Source of the DNA: a virus | Taxonomy: Duplodnaviria; Heunggongvirae; Uroviricota; Caudoviricetes | IMG/VR virus record: IMGVR_UViG_3300024270_000054 | DNA: 64,000 bases | Direction: 5' to 3' (one strand) | Shown: positions 35,246-45,011 of the stretch, piece by piece | Layout of the letters: every line of letters starts with the position of its first letter | How positions within the stretch are numbered: position 1 is the stretch's first letter | Program-made: the position numbers and the translations under genes | Notes under the pieces: model-generated | Database searches by the model: none | Told to the model about the DNA's origin: nothing | The model's input: only the letters and a program-made list of their open reading frames with translations

Positions 35246-36470
35246 CGTCATTGTCGATCTGAGCTATCAGGTCGGTCAGCGCGTAATCTATTTCCCGGTC
35301 GATGGTCAGCTCAGTGAAGAGTTTGCCAAGGCTAATAACCTTGTCCGAATCAAGGATGAAAACGGAAACAACACAGGCGGATATCTTGACCCGGATAAGC
35401 GGAATATCACAGCACTCAAGTTGCGCGGCGAAAAGTCTGATGGTCTGGTTCTTCCGATTAAGGTACTTGAGCCGTATGTGGACATCAATACCCTTGTCGA
35501 TGGCCAGCAGATCAGCGAGCTCAACGGGCATCTGATTTGCCGTAAGTATATTCCACGCAGACAGGCGGCGAAGACGACTGGCGGTAACGGAAAGTATAAG
35601 GATAAGCGCAAGCCGGAGGATAAGGTTAATTATCCATTCTTCAAGGAGCATATCGACACGGCGCAGCTCGCCTATAATCAGGGCGCGTTCAGGCCGGGTG
35701 ATACATGCTACATCACCTTGAAGATGCATGGAACTTCCGCAAGAACGGCCAACACCATTGAGGTTCGCCGCAAGCCGACTCGTTTCTATCATCATCTTTT
35801 CCGCACAAAGCCCAAGGAAACCCGTCATTATTCCTGCGTAAGCGGTACGCGCCGTACCACGCTCAGGAATTACGACGGCGGATACTATGGCAGCAATGCG
35901 TTCAGAGAGCAGTATCATGCGATGCTGCGAGATCGTCTGCCCAAGGGTATGTGCGTGTTCTACGAGATCGTTGGCTGGATTGATGAGAGCAAGACCATTA
36001 TGGGACGTTGCTCCAATAAGCTGGTTAAGGATAAGGAGTTCACAAAGCAGTATGGTGATGAGACTGTCTTCTCCTATGGCTGCGATATCGGCAAGAGCGA
36101 TATCTATGTCTATCGCATGACTATGAGCAATGAGGATGGTTACGAAGTTGAAATCCCGTGGGAGCAGGTCAAGATCGAATGTGAAAAGATGGGTGTGAAG
36201 TGTGTTCCTGAATTTGAAAAGTTCATTTTCACCACTTGGGAAGACCTCATGGAGCGCGTTGAAAAGTATTACGACGGCGCAGATCCCATCGGTAAGACGC
36301 ATGTACGAGAGGGCGTAGTTGTGCGAATTGATAACCGCGAGCACTTTACAGCCTATAAGCACAAGAATTTCAGCTTTAAGGTGCTTGAAGGAATCATCAA
36401 GGATACAGCGGATGCCCCGGATATTGAAGAAGCTGAGGAGCAGATGACAAATGATGTTCAAGACGAATGA
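35157..36470 (+). CDS. ATP-dependent RNA ligase (Rnl2-like)
   Basis: Motif I KMHGTS (T4 Rnl2 KIHGTN), motif IV EGVVVR and motif V FTAYKHKNFSFKV (KxK). AAGGAG RBS. Confidence 0.7.
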   Translation: MYNAYITTIRDLRKHSNADRLQCATIFGNNVIVDLSYQVGQRVIYFPVDGQLSEEFAKANNLVRIKDENGNNTGGYLDPDKRNITALKLRGEKSDGLVLPIKVLEPYVDINTLVDGQQISELNGHLICRKYIPRRQAAKTTGGNGKYKDKRKPEDKVNYPFFKEHIDTAQLAYNQGAFRPGDTCYITLKMHGTSARTANTIEVRRKPTRFYHHLFRTKPKETRHYSCVSGTRRTTLRNYDGGYYGSNAFREQYHAMLRDRLPKGMCVFYEIVGWIDESKTIMGRCSNKLVKDKEFTKQYGDETVFSYGCDIGKSDIYVYRMTMSNEDGYEVEIPWEQVKIECEKMGVKCVPEFEKFIFTTWEDLMERVEKYYDGADPIGKTHVREGVVVRIDNREHFTAYKHKNFSFKVLEGIIKDTADAPDIEEAEEQMTNDVQDE

Positions 36471-37479
36471 ACACTCTCTTGAAACTCCGCAAACTTTGGG
36501 CGTTTCAGAATGCAATTCTGACGATAAAACACCCGTTTTATTCATGATGATCGGTCTTCCGGGCAGCGGCAAGTCTACTTACGCCAAGGAGATTGCTGCT
36601 GACCCTGAAGGTCTCCATCCGGTCATTCTCTCCTCCGATGAGCTCCGCAAGGAGCTCTTTGGAGACGATGAAGATCAGAGCCATAATGCGCAGGTTTTCG
36701 ATGAGCTTCACAAGCGCATCAAGGAGAATCTGCAAAATGGCGTGAGCGTCATCTATGATGCGACCAACATCGATAAGAAGCGCCGCGTCGATTTCTTGCA
36801 GTCCATCAAGAAGATTGATTGCATTAAGACCGCTATTGCTGTGATGACTCCGTATGACGTTTGCCTTGAGCGCTGTAAGAAGCGTGACCGCAAGGTGCCG
36901 GAATACGTCATTCGCAGAATGCTCATGAACTACGCGCCGCCTCATATCCATGAGGGATTCGATTATGTCCACTTCGACTTTGAGCATGCCGATTTGGACT
37001 GCGACGCTCCTATGAAGTATTCTCTGTGCAATCTCTCTCAGCATCCGGGCGGTTTCTTCGATCTGGATCATGAGAATAAGCATCATCGTGATACGGTTGG
37101 CGTGCATTGCTTCAATGCTATGATGTATCTGTATTTTGCAAAGCCGAACCATAAGCTTTTGCAGCTTGCAGCCCTTCTTCATGACATTGGTAAGCCGTTT
37201 ACGAAAACCAAGATGAATAAGCGCAGAGAGTTTGACGGCGACTATCATTATTATCAGCATCACTGTGTTGGCGCATATGAATCTCTTTTCTATCTGATTT
37301 ATCTTGCACTAACCAATAATGAACGCGCATATATCGCCAATCTGATCTATTACCACATGCATCCTTATATGAGCTGGAAGCAGTCTGAAAAGGCGAAGCT
37401 CAGGGATATGCGCCTGATTGGTGAGGACATGTTTGCCGATGTTATGACGCTTCATGAAGCCGACATTGCTGCACATTGA
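36451..37479 (+). CDS. polynucleotide 5'-kinase fused to an HD-domain phosphohydrolase (Pnkp-like RNA end-healing enzyme)
   Basis: N-terminal LFMMIGLPGSGKSTYAKE and VIYDATNID parallel T4 Pnk. The C-terminal half has HD-domain motifs (H..H...LLHDIGKP...HH). Confidence 0.7.
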   Translation: MMFKTNEHSLETPQTLGVSECNSDDKTPVLFMMIGLPGSGKSTYAKEIAADPEGLHPVILSSDELRKELFGDDEDQSHNAQVFDELHKRIKENLQNGVSVIYDATNIDKKRRVDFLQSIKKIDCIKTAIAVMTPYDVCLERCKKRDRKVPEYVIRRMLMNYAPPHIHEGFDYVHFDFEHADLDCDAPMKYSLCNLSQHPGGFFDLDHENKHHRDTVGVHCFNAMMYLYFAKPNHKLLQLAALLHDIGKPFTKTKMNKRREFDGDYHYYQHHCVGAYESLFYLIYLALTNNERAYIANLIYYHMHPYMSWKQSEKAKLRDMRLIGEDMFADVMTLHEADIAAH

Positions 37480-37490
37480 GGTGAAATAGA

Positions 37491-37724
37491 ATGAAGAGCA
37501 AGAAGAACATGAAAGCTGCGCATGAGATCATGGATAAGATGCAGAAGACGGCAACCGCCTCCGGCATTCTGATGACCATCAGAATCATCAAGTCTATTTA
37601 CAGCGACGAGACAAAGAGCGACAAGGAGAAGCTTGATGCCATTATCGCTTTTGTCGATAGTTCCTATGAAAAGTTTGAATCCGGGCGCAAGCAGGCAGCA
37701 GAAAAGGCGGCGGCTTCTAAGTGA
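37491..37724 (+). CDS. hypothetical protein
   Basis: 77 aa. Confidence 0.45.
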   Translation: MKSKKNMKAAHEIMDKMQKTATASGILMTIRIIKSIYSDETKSDKEKLDAIIAFVDSSYEKFESGRKQAAEKAAASK

Positions 37725-38182
37725 CATATAATAAGGAAGAAATTGCCTCCGTTGCTGATAGCCTGAAATGCGCAGCACAGGCTTCTTATATCCCGTTTAA
37801 CTGCGGCGCAAAATGCCCAGCTTACAATTGGTGCAAAAGCGGTACTGACGGGTTTGACAAGGATAAAGATTGCATCTTTGATCAAGCCGCTGTGATGCTT
37901 GAAGATTACATGAAGATCCTGCCAGAGCCTCTAAAGCCTCTCACAGTGGATGAGATGATTGCCTATGTGCAGGATAAGAACAGCGTCCCCGTTCTGTATT
38001 GGCTTTCACGCGATCCAAAGCGTAAATCTGGATGGGAGCATGTCGTTTCAATCACTTATGGCATTAATTTCAACGATCAGAATCAAATGGATTTTGTGCG
38101 TGAAGGATACGGAAAAAGATATGTTGTCTTTACGAAAAAGCCATCTGATGATGAAATCGCTGCTGTCCAGTGGAGGGATTAG
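37721..38182 (+). CDS. hypothetical protein
   Basis: 153 aa, coupled. Confidence 0.5.
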   Translation: MTYNKEEIASVADSLKCAAQASYIPFNCGAKCPAYNWCKSGTDGFDKDKDCIFDQAAVMLEDYMKILPEPLKPLTVDEMIAYVQDKNSVPVLYWLSRDPKRKSGWEHVVSITYGINFNDQNQMDFVREGYGKRYVVFTKKPSDDEIAAVQWRD

Positions 38183-38186
38183 CCGT

Positions 38187-38432
38187 ATGCAATCAGGCGA
38201 AACAAGATCAAACGGGTGCTTTGTTGCACAGCTTGCAGATTATCTTCCGCATATGGTGTCAAAGGTAATCTGCCTCAAATGCTATAAGCGATGGATAGCA
38301 GTCCGTCCAACACATACATTGCTTGAATCGCTGGAATGTCCAAACTGCGGTGCCGGATACGTTATTGAAACGGGACAGGTATTGAAAAACAGCGATTCTT
38401 ACAACGAAGAGGAAGTAACACATTATGAATAG
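38187..38432 (+). CDS. zinc-ribbon protein
   Basis: GGAGGG RBS. CLKC...CPNC. 81 aa. Confidence 0.45.
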   Translation: MQSGETRSNGCFVAQLADYLPHMVSKVICLKCYKRWIAVRPTHTLLESLECPNCGAGYVIETGQVLKNSDSYNEEEVTHYE

Positions 38433-39339
38433 AGACGCACTTGGCGACCGAATGAAAGCATATCAAAATGTGCATCGCATTTATCTGACTAGGCGCATGC
38501 CTCTGATTATCCGTATTGATGGCAAGGCGTTCCGTAGTTATACCCGCAATTTTACGCAGCCATATGACAACGTTCTCATTTCTTCGATGCAGCAGACAGC
38601 GAAGTATCTGTGCGAAAACATCGAGGGGTGCAAGCTTGCTTATACGCAGTCGGACGAGATTTCACTTCTTCTGACGGATTATAAGACGTTCAATACGCAG
38701 CCATGGTTTAGCAAGAATTTGCAGAAGATGGTGTCCGTCGCAGCAAGTATGGCGACTATGGCGTTCAACCAAGCATTTACCGATGCAACTTTTGATGCAG
38801 CAAATTATGCTTACAACGATGAATTGCATAACACTACGGAAGATCGTCAAAAGGCATATGCCGAAGTAATGAACAGGTATAAAGCAAAATGTGGCATGGC
38901 AATGTTCGATGCCCGTGCATTCCTTCTCCCCAAAGAAGAGGTGTGCAATTACTTCATCTGGCGGCAGCAGGACGCATCTAGGAATTCCATCAATATGCTT
39001 GGCAGAGCATATTTCTCTCATAAAGAGATGAACGACAAGAATACCAGCCAGATTCAGGACATGCTCATTGAAAAGTATGGTATCAACTGGAACGACATTG
39101 AAACGCATAAGAAGCGCGGTTCCTGTGTGATCAAGGAGACCTACGAAACGAAGGTTCCAATGACAAAGGTTCGTCCAAAGAAGGATTCTCCTGAAAACTG
39201 GCAGGACATTGAATTCATTCCTATCGCACCAGAACTCGATGTTCCAACCATTCAGCGATCCAGATGGATTGTTGATATGGAGATCCCAATTTTTACAAAA
39301 GACCGTGAGTATATCGATAAGTATGTACGAGGAGGCTGA
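38425..39339 (+). CDS. Thg1-like protein (tRNA-His guanylyltransferase family, 3'-5' nucleotidyltransferase)
   Basis: LIIRIDGKAFRSYTRNFTQPYDNVLISSMQQTAKYL...KLAYTQSDEISLLL aligns with Thg1 [24 protein letters not shown]...IAYGQSDEYSFVF. Confidence 0.75.
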   Translation: MNRDALGDRMKAYQNVHRIYLTRRMPLIIRIDGKAFRSYTRNFTQPYDNVLISSMQQTAKYLCENIEGCKLAYTQSDEISLLLTDYKTFNTQPWFSKNLQKMVSVAASMATMAFNQAFTDATFDAANYAYNDELHNTTEDRQKAYAEVMNRYKAKCGMAMFDARAFLLPKEEVCNYFIWRQQDASRNSINMLGRAYFSHKEMNDKNTSQIQDMLIEKYGINWNDIETHKKRGSCVIKETYETKVPMTKVRPKKDSPENWQDIEFIPIAPELDVPTIQRSRWIVDMEIPIFTKDREYIDKYVRGG

Positions 39340-39344
39340 TTCCC

Positions 39345-39590
39345 TTGGAGAAGATCAATACGATTTGCGAAGCCATTCTTTGCATTACCGATGAAGACTT
39401 TGCAGAAATGGAAGAAATCATTGAGCAGCAGCTCAACTACATCAATCCCCTGAGAATGGCTACAACCGGATACAAGAACCAGCTTGGCAGGCATAACCGC
39501 GATGTCGTGAATAAGCTGCGTGAGCTGAAAGAGATTCTTGAGGTCGGAGCAAATATTATGCCGCCGAATTCGGCAGGAAAGGAAGACTAA
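39345..39590 (+). CDS. hypothetical protein
   Basis: 81 aa. Confidence 0.45.
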   Translation: MEKINTICEAILCITDEDFAEMEEIIEQQLNYINPLRMATTGYKNQLGRHNRDVVNKLRELKEILEVGANIMPPNSAGKED

Positions 39591-39593
39591 GAT

Positions 39594-40232
39594 ATGACGG
39601 AAGAAAAAAAGAGCACGTTTGCCGTGCTCAGTAACGTTGATGTCAGCGAAAAGATTAAAGAAAAGAATAACCTGAGATACATTTCTTGGGCATCTGCATG
39701 GGCAGAGGTGAAGAAGCGCTACCCTGATGCAAAGTTTCATGTGTATAAGCAGATCATGGATGATGGTGGCAATACCCGCCCGTGGCATACGGATGATAAG
39801 TCTGGTTGGGTTGAGGTCGGCGTAACCATCGATGGCGAAGAGATCATTGAAACGCTTGCCATCATGAATCATGCGAACAAGGCGATTCCGGCAGCGGATA
39901 TTACGTCCGTCGATGCAAATAAATCCATTAAGCGTTGCCTTGTCAAGTGTATCGCCCTCCATGGTCTTGGCCTGTATATCTATGAATCTGAGGATCTGCC
40001 GGAAGAGCTTACCAAGATCATTGAGCTGCAGGAAAAGATCGCAGAACTGGTCAAGAAGAAGTGCGCATTGTCTGATGCTGCAAAGGCAAAGGTTAAGGAA
40101 TACTGCGTAGCCGCAGAAAAATCCGCCAATCCGCAGATGGAAGACGATGAGATTACTGGCAACTATAAGAACATTGACGACATGGGTGTTCTTGAAAAAC
40201 TGGAACGTCAGCTTCTGGCTGTAAGAAAGTGA
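39594..40232 (+). CDS. Rad52/Sak-type single-strand annealing protein (DUF1071-like)
   Basis: YISWASAWAEVKKRYPDA and KRCLVKCIALHGLGLYIY resemble the Rad52/Sak signature (KR..AKAfG.G..LY). Confidence 0.6.
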   Translation: MTEEKKSTFAVLSNVDVSEKIKEKNNLRYISWASAWAEVKKRYPDAKFHVYKQIMDDGGNTRPWHTDDKSGWVEVGVTIDGEEIIETLAIMNHANKAIPAADITSVDANKSIKRCLVKCIALHGLGLYIYESEDLPEELTKIIELQEKIAELVKKKCALSDAAKAKVKEYCVAAEKSANPQMEDDEITGNYKNIDDMGVLEKLERQLLAVRK

Positions 40233-40242
40233 GGAATAAACT

Positions 40243-40659
40243 ATGGGTTTTAGACAGGATGCATTTGCGCGAGTATGGAGCGTAACCGCGCACGAAAACT
40301 ATTCCACTGCAAATATTACGGTAAGCCGTAAGTCTAGGGAAGATGAATCAAAGTACGAGGTTGTCTTCAAGGATGGATACACTCGATTTGTTGGCGAAGC
40401 GCACAAGAAGATTTCTGGCGTTACCGTTGGCGACGGCGGTATTTCCATCAAGATTCTCTCCTGCGATGTAGAGAACCGATACGATGCGGATAAGAAGAAG
40501 CTGTATACCAATTACATGGTGTTTGATTTCGAATTCCCGGATTCAAACGGTGGCGGCAAGACTGGTGGAAAGTCCAGCAGTGCAGCAAAGTCTTCTCCAA
40601 AGGCTTCAAAGCCAGCTCCTGCAGCAACCGAAGCTGACGAAGAAGAGCTTCCGTTCTAA
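40243..40659 (+). CDS. ssb: single-stranded DNA-binding protein with an acidic C-terminal tip
   Basis: Gly/Ser-rich linker followed by the C-terminus EADEEELPF (compare bacterial SSB ...DDDIPF). It sits next to the annealase. Confidence 0.55.
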   Translation: MGFRQDAFARVWSVTAHENYSTANITVSRKSREDESKYEVVFKDGYTRFVGEAHKKISGVTVGDGGISIKILSCDVENRYDADKKKLYTNYMVFDFEFPDSNGGGKTGGKSSSAAKSSPKASKPAPAATEADEEELPF

Positions 40660-40698
40660 CAAATAACCAAAGCAGAAAAAGTATATCGAGGTAATAAT

Positions 40699-41316
40699 AT
40701 GGATAACCAGATGAACATTGATCGCTTTGAAAATCTGCTTTCCAACGTCAAGCGTGAAGGAATGCCTGCGCTGATGGCTTTTATTAAGAAGTCCGATTTT
40801 TATACGGCTCCTGCAAGCACGCGCTATCATTCCTGTCACGAGGGCGGACTGCTTGAGCACAGCCTCAACGTTTACGATTGCCTAATGGCAAAGCTTGAAA
40901 ACCCCACTTGGGCAGAAGCGCTTTCTCAAGTTGAGCCGGAGAGCATCGTTATTGCCGCTCTGCTTCATGATCTCTGCAAGTGTTATTACTATGCGGTAGA
41001 AATGAAGAACAAGAAGGTGTACAGCGAAACGGGCAGCAAGGTCGATAATGGTGGTCGCTATGATTGGCAGCTCGTTCCCGGCTATACGACGGATGACAAA
41101 ATTCCGTATGGTCATGGCGAAAAGTCCGTCATGATGATCGAAGAGTATATCAGGCTCAAGCCCGTTGAGCGTTACGCGATCCGTTGGCATATGGGATTCA
41201 CTGAGCCAAAGGAAAGCTGGAATACGCTCGGTCTTGCCATGAAAAAGCATCCATTGATTCTTGCCATTCATGAGGCGGACGTTGAAGCAACCTATCTGCT
41301 TGAAAAAGAGGAATAA
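40699..41316 (+). CDS. HD-domain phosphohydrolase
   Basis: RYHSCHEGGLLEHS ... AALLHDLCK (H..H...HD). Short-form motif upstream. Confidence 0.65.
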   Translation: MDNQMNIDRFENLLSNVKREGMPALMAFIKKSDFYTAPASTRYHSCHEGGLLEHSLNVYDCLMAKLENPTWAEALSQVEPESIVIAALLHDLCKCYYYAVEMKNKKVYSETGSKVDNGGRYDWQLVPGYTTDDKIPYGHGEKSVMMIEEYIRLKPVERYAIRWHMGFTEPKESWNTLGLAMKKHPLILAIHEADVEATYLLEKEE

Positions 41317-41319
41317 ACA

Positions 41320-41805
41320 ATGAGCGCTAAATCAGGTGAGAAGACAAGGGTTTGTAAGAATAAGCGCTGCAAACATGGCGGCAAGATTCTGATTGATTCA
41401 GAGCCGTTCGTCAAAGAAAAGAATGGCTATTATCATGAGTCCTGTTTTCAGGAGAAAAAGGATATGATGCTCATTCGTGACCTATGGATGAAGCATGTCA
41501 GCGCAACCGTTGTCATTTCTCAGCTTAATAAGGTGCTGTCTGAACTACTGGATATTCCCGGAGTAACATCCGGGTATCTGGTGTTCGTTATGCAGTACGT
41601 CATCGATAATCACTGCAAACTCAGATATCCAATGGGTTTTAAATACTACGTTGATAACCAGAACATTCGGGATGCTTACACAAAGAAAACAAAACCAGTG
41701 GTCAAGCAGGCTCAGTTCGTTGTCAAGCAGGACATCGATAATGTTCCGGTGTTTTCAGCACCTAAGAAACCTTCTGGATTTGCCAGTATTCTAGGAGGTA
41801 AATGA
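41320..41805 (+). CDS. hypothetical protein with an N-terminal Cys/His zinc site
   Basis: 161 aa. Confidence 0.5.
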   Translation: MSAKSGEKTRVCKNKRCKHGGKILIDSEPFVKEKNGYYHESCFQEKKDMMLIRDLWMKHVSATVVISQLNKVLSELLDIPGVTSGYLVFVMQYVIDNHCKLRYPMGFKYYVDNQNIRDAYTKKTKPVVKQAQFVVKQDIDNVPVFSAPKKPSGFASILGGK

Positions 41806-43154
41806 GCATGAGAGAGATTTCTGAACTATCCGATATCCAGTCAGAAAGCGGAATCATCGGAACGTTGATCTATCATCCAGATTTCATTCTGCATACAGAG
41901 TATCTCCAGCCCGGTTATTTTTACAGCGTTGAAAACGGCTGCATCTATTGGGCGATTCAGGCACTGTATAACGATGGAATTACGAACATTGACGCTTATA
42001 ACATCTCCAATAAGTTGCAAAGTCATAGCGGCGTACAAAAAACAATCGACAAATACAATCTGCCGTCCGTACAGGAATTTGTCGATCTGTATAAGGAGAC
42101 TGCGAGACATACGATTGAAGAGTATAAAATGCTCGCTAACAATGTCGTTACGCTCGCATTTAAGCGGGATCTCAATAAGTCTCTCAATGAGATTATCGCA
42201 AAATGCTATTCGCCGGATTACGACCTCGACAAACTCAACAACGCCGTATACAGCGATCTTGACCGTTTAACGCAAAAGTATATGGTCAGCGATGACATCC
42301 AAACGCTCGGCAATCAGATTGACGACATTTGGAGCGAGATTGAAAACAGGCGAACAACGGATGGAAACTATGGAATTCCGTCCAAATATAAGAGCTTCAT
42401 GGATTATTACACCTATGAACCCGGCGAGCTTGTCGTCATTCAGGCCAAGTATAAGCAAGGCAAGTCCGTATTCCTCATGAACGAGGTTGTCCATAAGCTC
42501 AAGAATGGCATCCCGACATTGGTTGTCGATAGCGAAATGCCGACAAGACTTTATGTAGAACGTCTGCTTGCGCATCTGACAGGCATTGAAATGAAACGCA
42601 TCAAAAACGGCCACTACACCAATGAAGAGGCCAAACGTATTGAGCAGTGGAGACAGTGGCTCAAGAAGCAGCCGTTTGTCCATATCTATGAGACAAACGT
42701 GAGCAATGAAAAGCTATATGCGATTTGCAAAATGCTCAAGCGTAAGATGGGTCTTACGTTTATGGTCTTTGACTATCTGAAGAGCAATGAAACTTCTACG
42801 GGCGATAACTACAATGTGCTTGGCGCAAAGTGTGATTTTCTGAAGAACAACATCGCCGGAGAGCTTGATCTTGCCGTGCTTGCAGCCTGTCAGCTTAATC
42901 GAAATGGCGAGGTTGCCGATAGTATCAAGATCAATAGGTATTTGTCTGTTGGCATCAAGTGGGAGTATAAGAGCCAAGAGATGATCGCAAGGGATGGCAT
43001 GCAATGCGGAAATGCATTTGCCAAAATCTACGTCAATCGCCTTGGTCAGCAAATGGCAGAAGATGATGAGATGGACTACATCGATTTTGTCTTCGATGGC
43101 GACAGAATGACCATCGTGGAAGCAGAAAAGCACGACAGAAATGTTGGCTATTGA
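41802..43154 (+). CDS. dnaB: replicative DNA helicase (DnaB-like)
   Basis: N-terminal DIQSESGIIGTLIYHPDFI (DnaB N-domain-like) and GELVVIQAKYKQGKSVFLMNEV (Walker A region, DnaB-like). Confidence 0.75.
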   Translation: MSMREISELSDIQSESGIIGTLIYHPDFILHTEYLQPGYFYSVENGCIYWAIQALYNDGITNIDAYNISNKLQSHSGVQKTIDKYNLPSVQEFVDLYKETARHTIEEYKMLANNVVTLAFKRDLNKSLNEIIAKCYSPDYDLDKLNNAVYSDLDRLTQKYMVSDDIQTLGNQIDDIWSEIENRRTTDGNYGIPSKYKSFMDYYTYEPGELVVIQAKYKQGKSVFLMNEVVHKLKNGIPTLVVDSEMPTRLYVERLLAHLTGIEMKRIKNGHYTNEEAKRIEQWRQWLKKQPFVHIYETNVSNEKLYAICKMLKRKMGLTFMVFDYLKSNETSTGDNYNVLGAKCDFLKNNIAGELDLAVLAACQLNRNGEVADSIKINRYLSVGIKWEYKSQEMIARDGMQCGNAFAKIYVNRLGQQMAEDDEMDYIDFVFDGDRMTIVEAEKHDRNVGY

Positions 43155-43174
43155 TGATCTGGGAGGGGTATATC

Positions 43175-44197
43175 ATGCGACAAGACAAAACCAAATATGA
43201 CGATGGTATGCTCTTGCAAATCAATGAAAACGCGGATCTGCTTGGCTATGTAAGTCAGCATATGGAAATGAAAAAGAAGGGAAGGGATTATTGGGCAAGC
43301 TGCCCGCTTCATACGGACATCACCCCTTCTTTTTCCATTACTCCTGAAAAGAATTCATACTATTGTTTCTCATGTGGTCGTTCCGGCGGAATTATCGGCT
43401 ATCTGATCGATTATGAGAAGATGGGATTCGATGAAGCCGTAGAAAAAGCGGCAAAGATCGCAAACATGGACTTGAGCAAGATGTGCCGATCTGAAACGGT
43501 AATCTTTCTTCGGAAGCTAAAACTCTTTGCTCAAAAATCAAAACAGGAGAAATTCGTTCATGAAGTTTTTCCTGAATCTGAAATGAACAAATACTACGAT
43601 CAGCCAGCGAAAGAATGGGTTGACGAAGGTATCGAGCAAAGTGTTATGGACTTGTTCGGCGTGAAAATCGATGCATGGCAAAACCGCATTGTATATCCTG
43701 TCCGCGACATTCATGGAAAGCTCATCAATGTAAAAGGAAGAACGCGCTATCAAAATTATAAGGCGCTCAATATGCCCAAGTATATCAACTATCATCCAGT
43801 CGGTGTGGTCGATTATTTTCAAGGGCTTGACATTACGCTCCCATATGTCAAGGAAAAGGGCGAAGTGATCATTTTTGAATCTGTCAAGTCTGTCATGAAA
43901 GCATATGGCTGGGGATATAAGAATGCTGCGTCAGCAGAAAAGCACTCATTAACGCCAGAACAGATTTCCCTTCTGGTTAAGCTCAGAGTAAATGTTGTTT
44001 TCGCTTACGATTCTGATGTGAGTTATAAGCAGAAAGATGTTCGTGAAAACATCGAATACCTGAAACGAGTAACCAATGTATTCGTCATCGAAGACCGTAA
44101 AAAGCTTCTTGGCGGTACAGAAGCGAAGAATGCCCCCGTTGATCTTGGCCGTGACATATGGGAGCAACTATATCAATCGAGGAAGAAGGTGGTGTAA
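43175..44197 (+). CDS. dnaG: DNA primase (DnaG-like; zinc-binding domain plus TOPRIM)
   Basis: CPLHTDITPSFSITPEKNSYYCFSCGRSGG is the CHC2 zinc-finger signature. Sits next to the helicase. Confidence 0.8.
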   Translation: MRQDKTKYDDGMLLQINENADLLGYVSQHMEMKKKGRDYWASCPLHTDITPSFSITPEKNSYYCFSCGRSGGIIGYLIDYEKMGFDEAVEKAAKIANMDLSKMCRSETVIFLRKLKLFAQKSKQEKFVHEVFPESEMNKYYDQPAKEWVDEGIEQSVMDLFGVKIDAWQNRIVYPVRDIHGKLINVKGRTRYQNYKALNMPKYINYHPVGVVDYFQGLDITLPYVKEKGEVIIFESVKSVMKAYGWGYKNAASAEKHSLTPEQISLLVKLRVNVVFAYDSDVSYKQKDVRENIEYLKRVTNVFVIEDRKKLLGGTEAKNAPVDLGRDIWEQLYQSRKKVV

Positions 44198-44198
44198 A

Positions 44199-45008
44199 TT
44201 GAATGACTACGAAGACAAGATCAACCAAATGGTCTGGTCTTATTCTCGTTTAAGCACATTTGAGCAGTGCCGCTATTCCTTCTATTTGAAGTATATCGTA
44301 GAAAACGACGACGAATATCTGGCTGAAGGAAACTATTGGGCAGAAGTTGGCAGTTTCATGCATGAAATCCTTGAACGTGTTTTCAAGGGAGAAATGTGTA
44401 TCGATGATGCTGCGGAGTATTTTGTCAATCATTATGACGACTATGTGCTATATGGCACAAAGTCTTCGATCATGGAGAAAACATACGATGCATGTTTGTC
44501 TTATCTTGAAGAGGAAGACCTGTCTTGGCTTGATGAATACGAAGTAATTGGCGTAGAGCTTGAAGTGGAGTTTAAGATTGAGGGGCATCCGTTTAAGGGA
44601 TTCATTGATCTGCTTTTAAAGCATAAGGAAACAGGCGAACTTGTCGTTCTTGACCATAAGTCTGCTGCATATCCGCTTTCAAGTAAAACGGGAAAACTTC
44701 TAAAGGCCAACGAAAAAAGCTTCATGTCCTATAAAAAGCAGATGTATCTGTATTGCAATGCAGTCAACCAGCTTTATAAAAGATTTCCCAAGTGGATAGT
44801 TTGGAATCATTTCAAGGCTCAGAAATTCGTCACGATTCCGTTTGATCAAAAGGAATACGATCAGGCAATCGCATGGTTTGTCGATACGATTCAGTGTATC
44901 AGAAAGGAAAAGGATTTCCCGGAAACAATGGATTATTTCTATTGCCACAATCTATGTGAATTTAGAAATAGCTGCGAATACAAACTTTACGAAGACAGTG
45001 AGAGGTAA
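44199..45008 (+). CDS. PD-(D/E)xK nuclease, Cas4/RecB-family-like with Fe-S cysteines (phage exonuclease)
   Basis: FEQCRYSF (N-terminal Cys), GFIDLL...ELVVLDHKS (D...E.K) and C-terminal CHNLCEFRNSC. Probable TTG start at 44199 or ATG at 44229. Confidence 0.65.
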   Translation: MNDYEDKINQMVWSYSRLSTFEQCRYSFYLKYIVENDDEYLAEGNYWAEVGSFMHEILERVFKGEMCIDDAAEYFVNHYDDYVLYGTKSSIMEKTYDACLSYLEEEDLSWLDEYEVIGVELEVEFKIEGHPFKGFIDLLLKHKETGELVVLDHKSAAYPLSSKTGKLLKANEKSFMSYKKQMYLYCNAVNQLYKRFPKWIVWNHFKAQKFVTIPFDQKEYDQAIAWFVDTIQCIRKEKDFPETMDYFYCHNLCEFRNSCEYKLYEDSER

Positions 45009-45011
45009 GCC

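Noticed and set aside
35190-36572. 460-aa minus-strand ORF
   Set aside because: Antisense to the RNA ligase and Pnkp genes, which carry clear catalytic motifs. No RBS or motif support.
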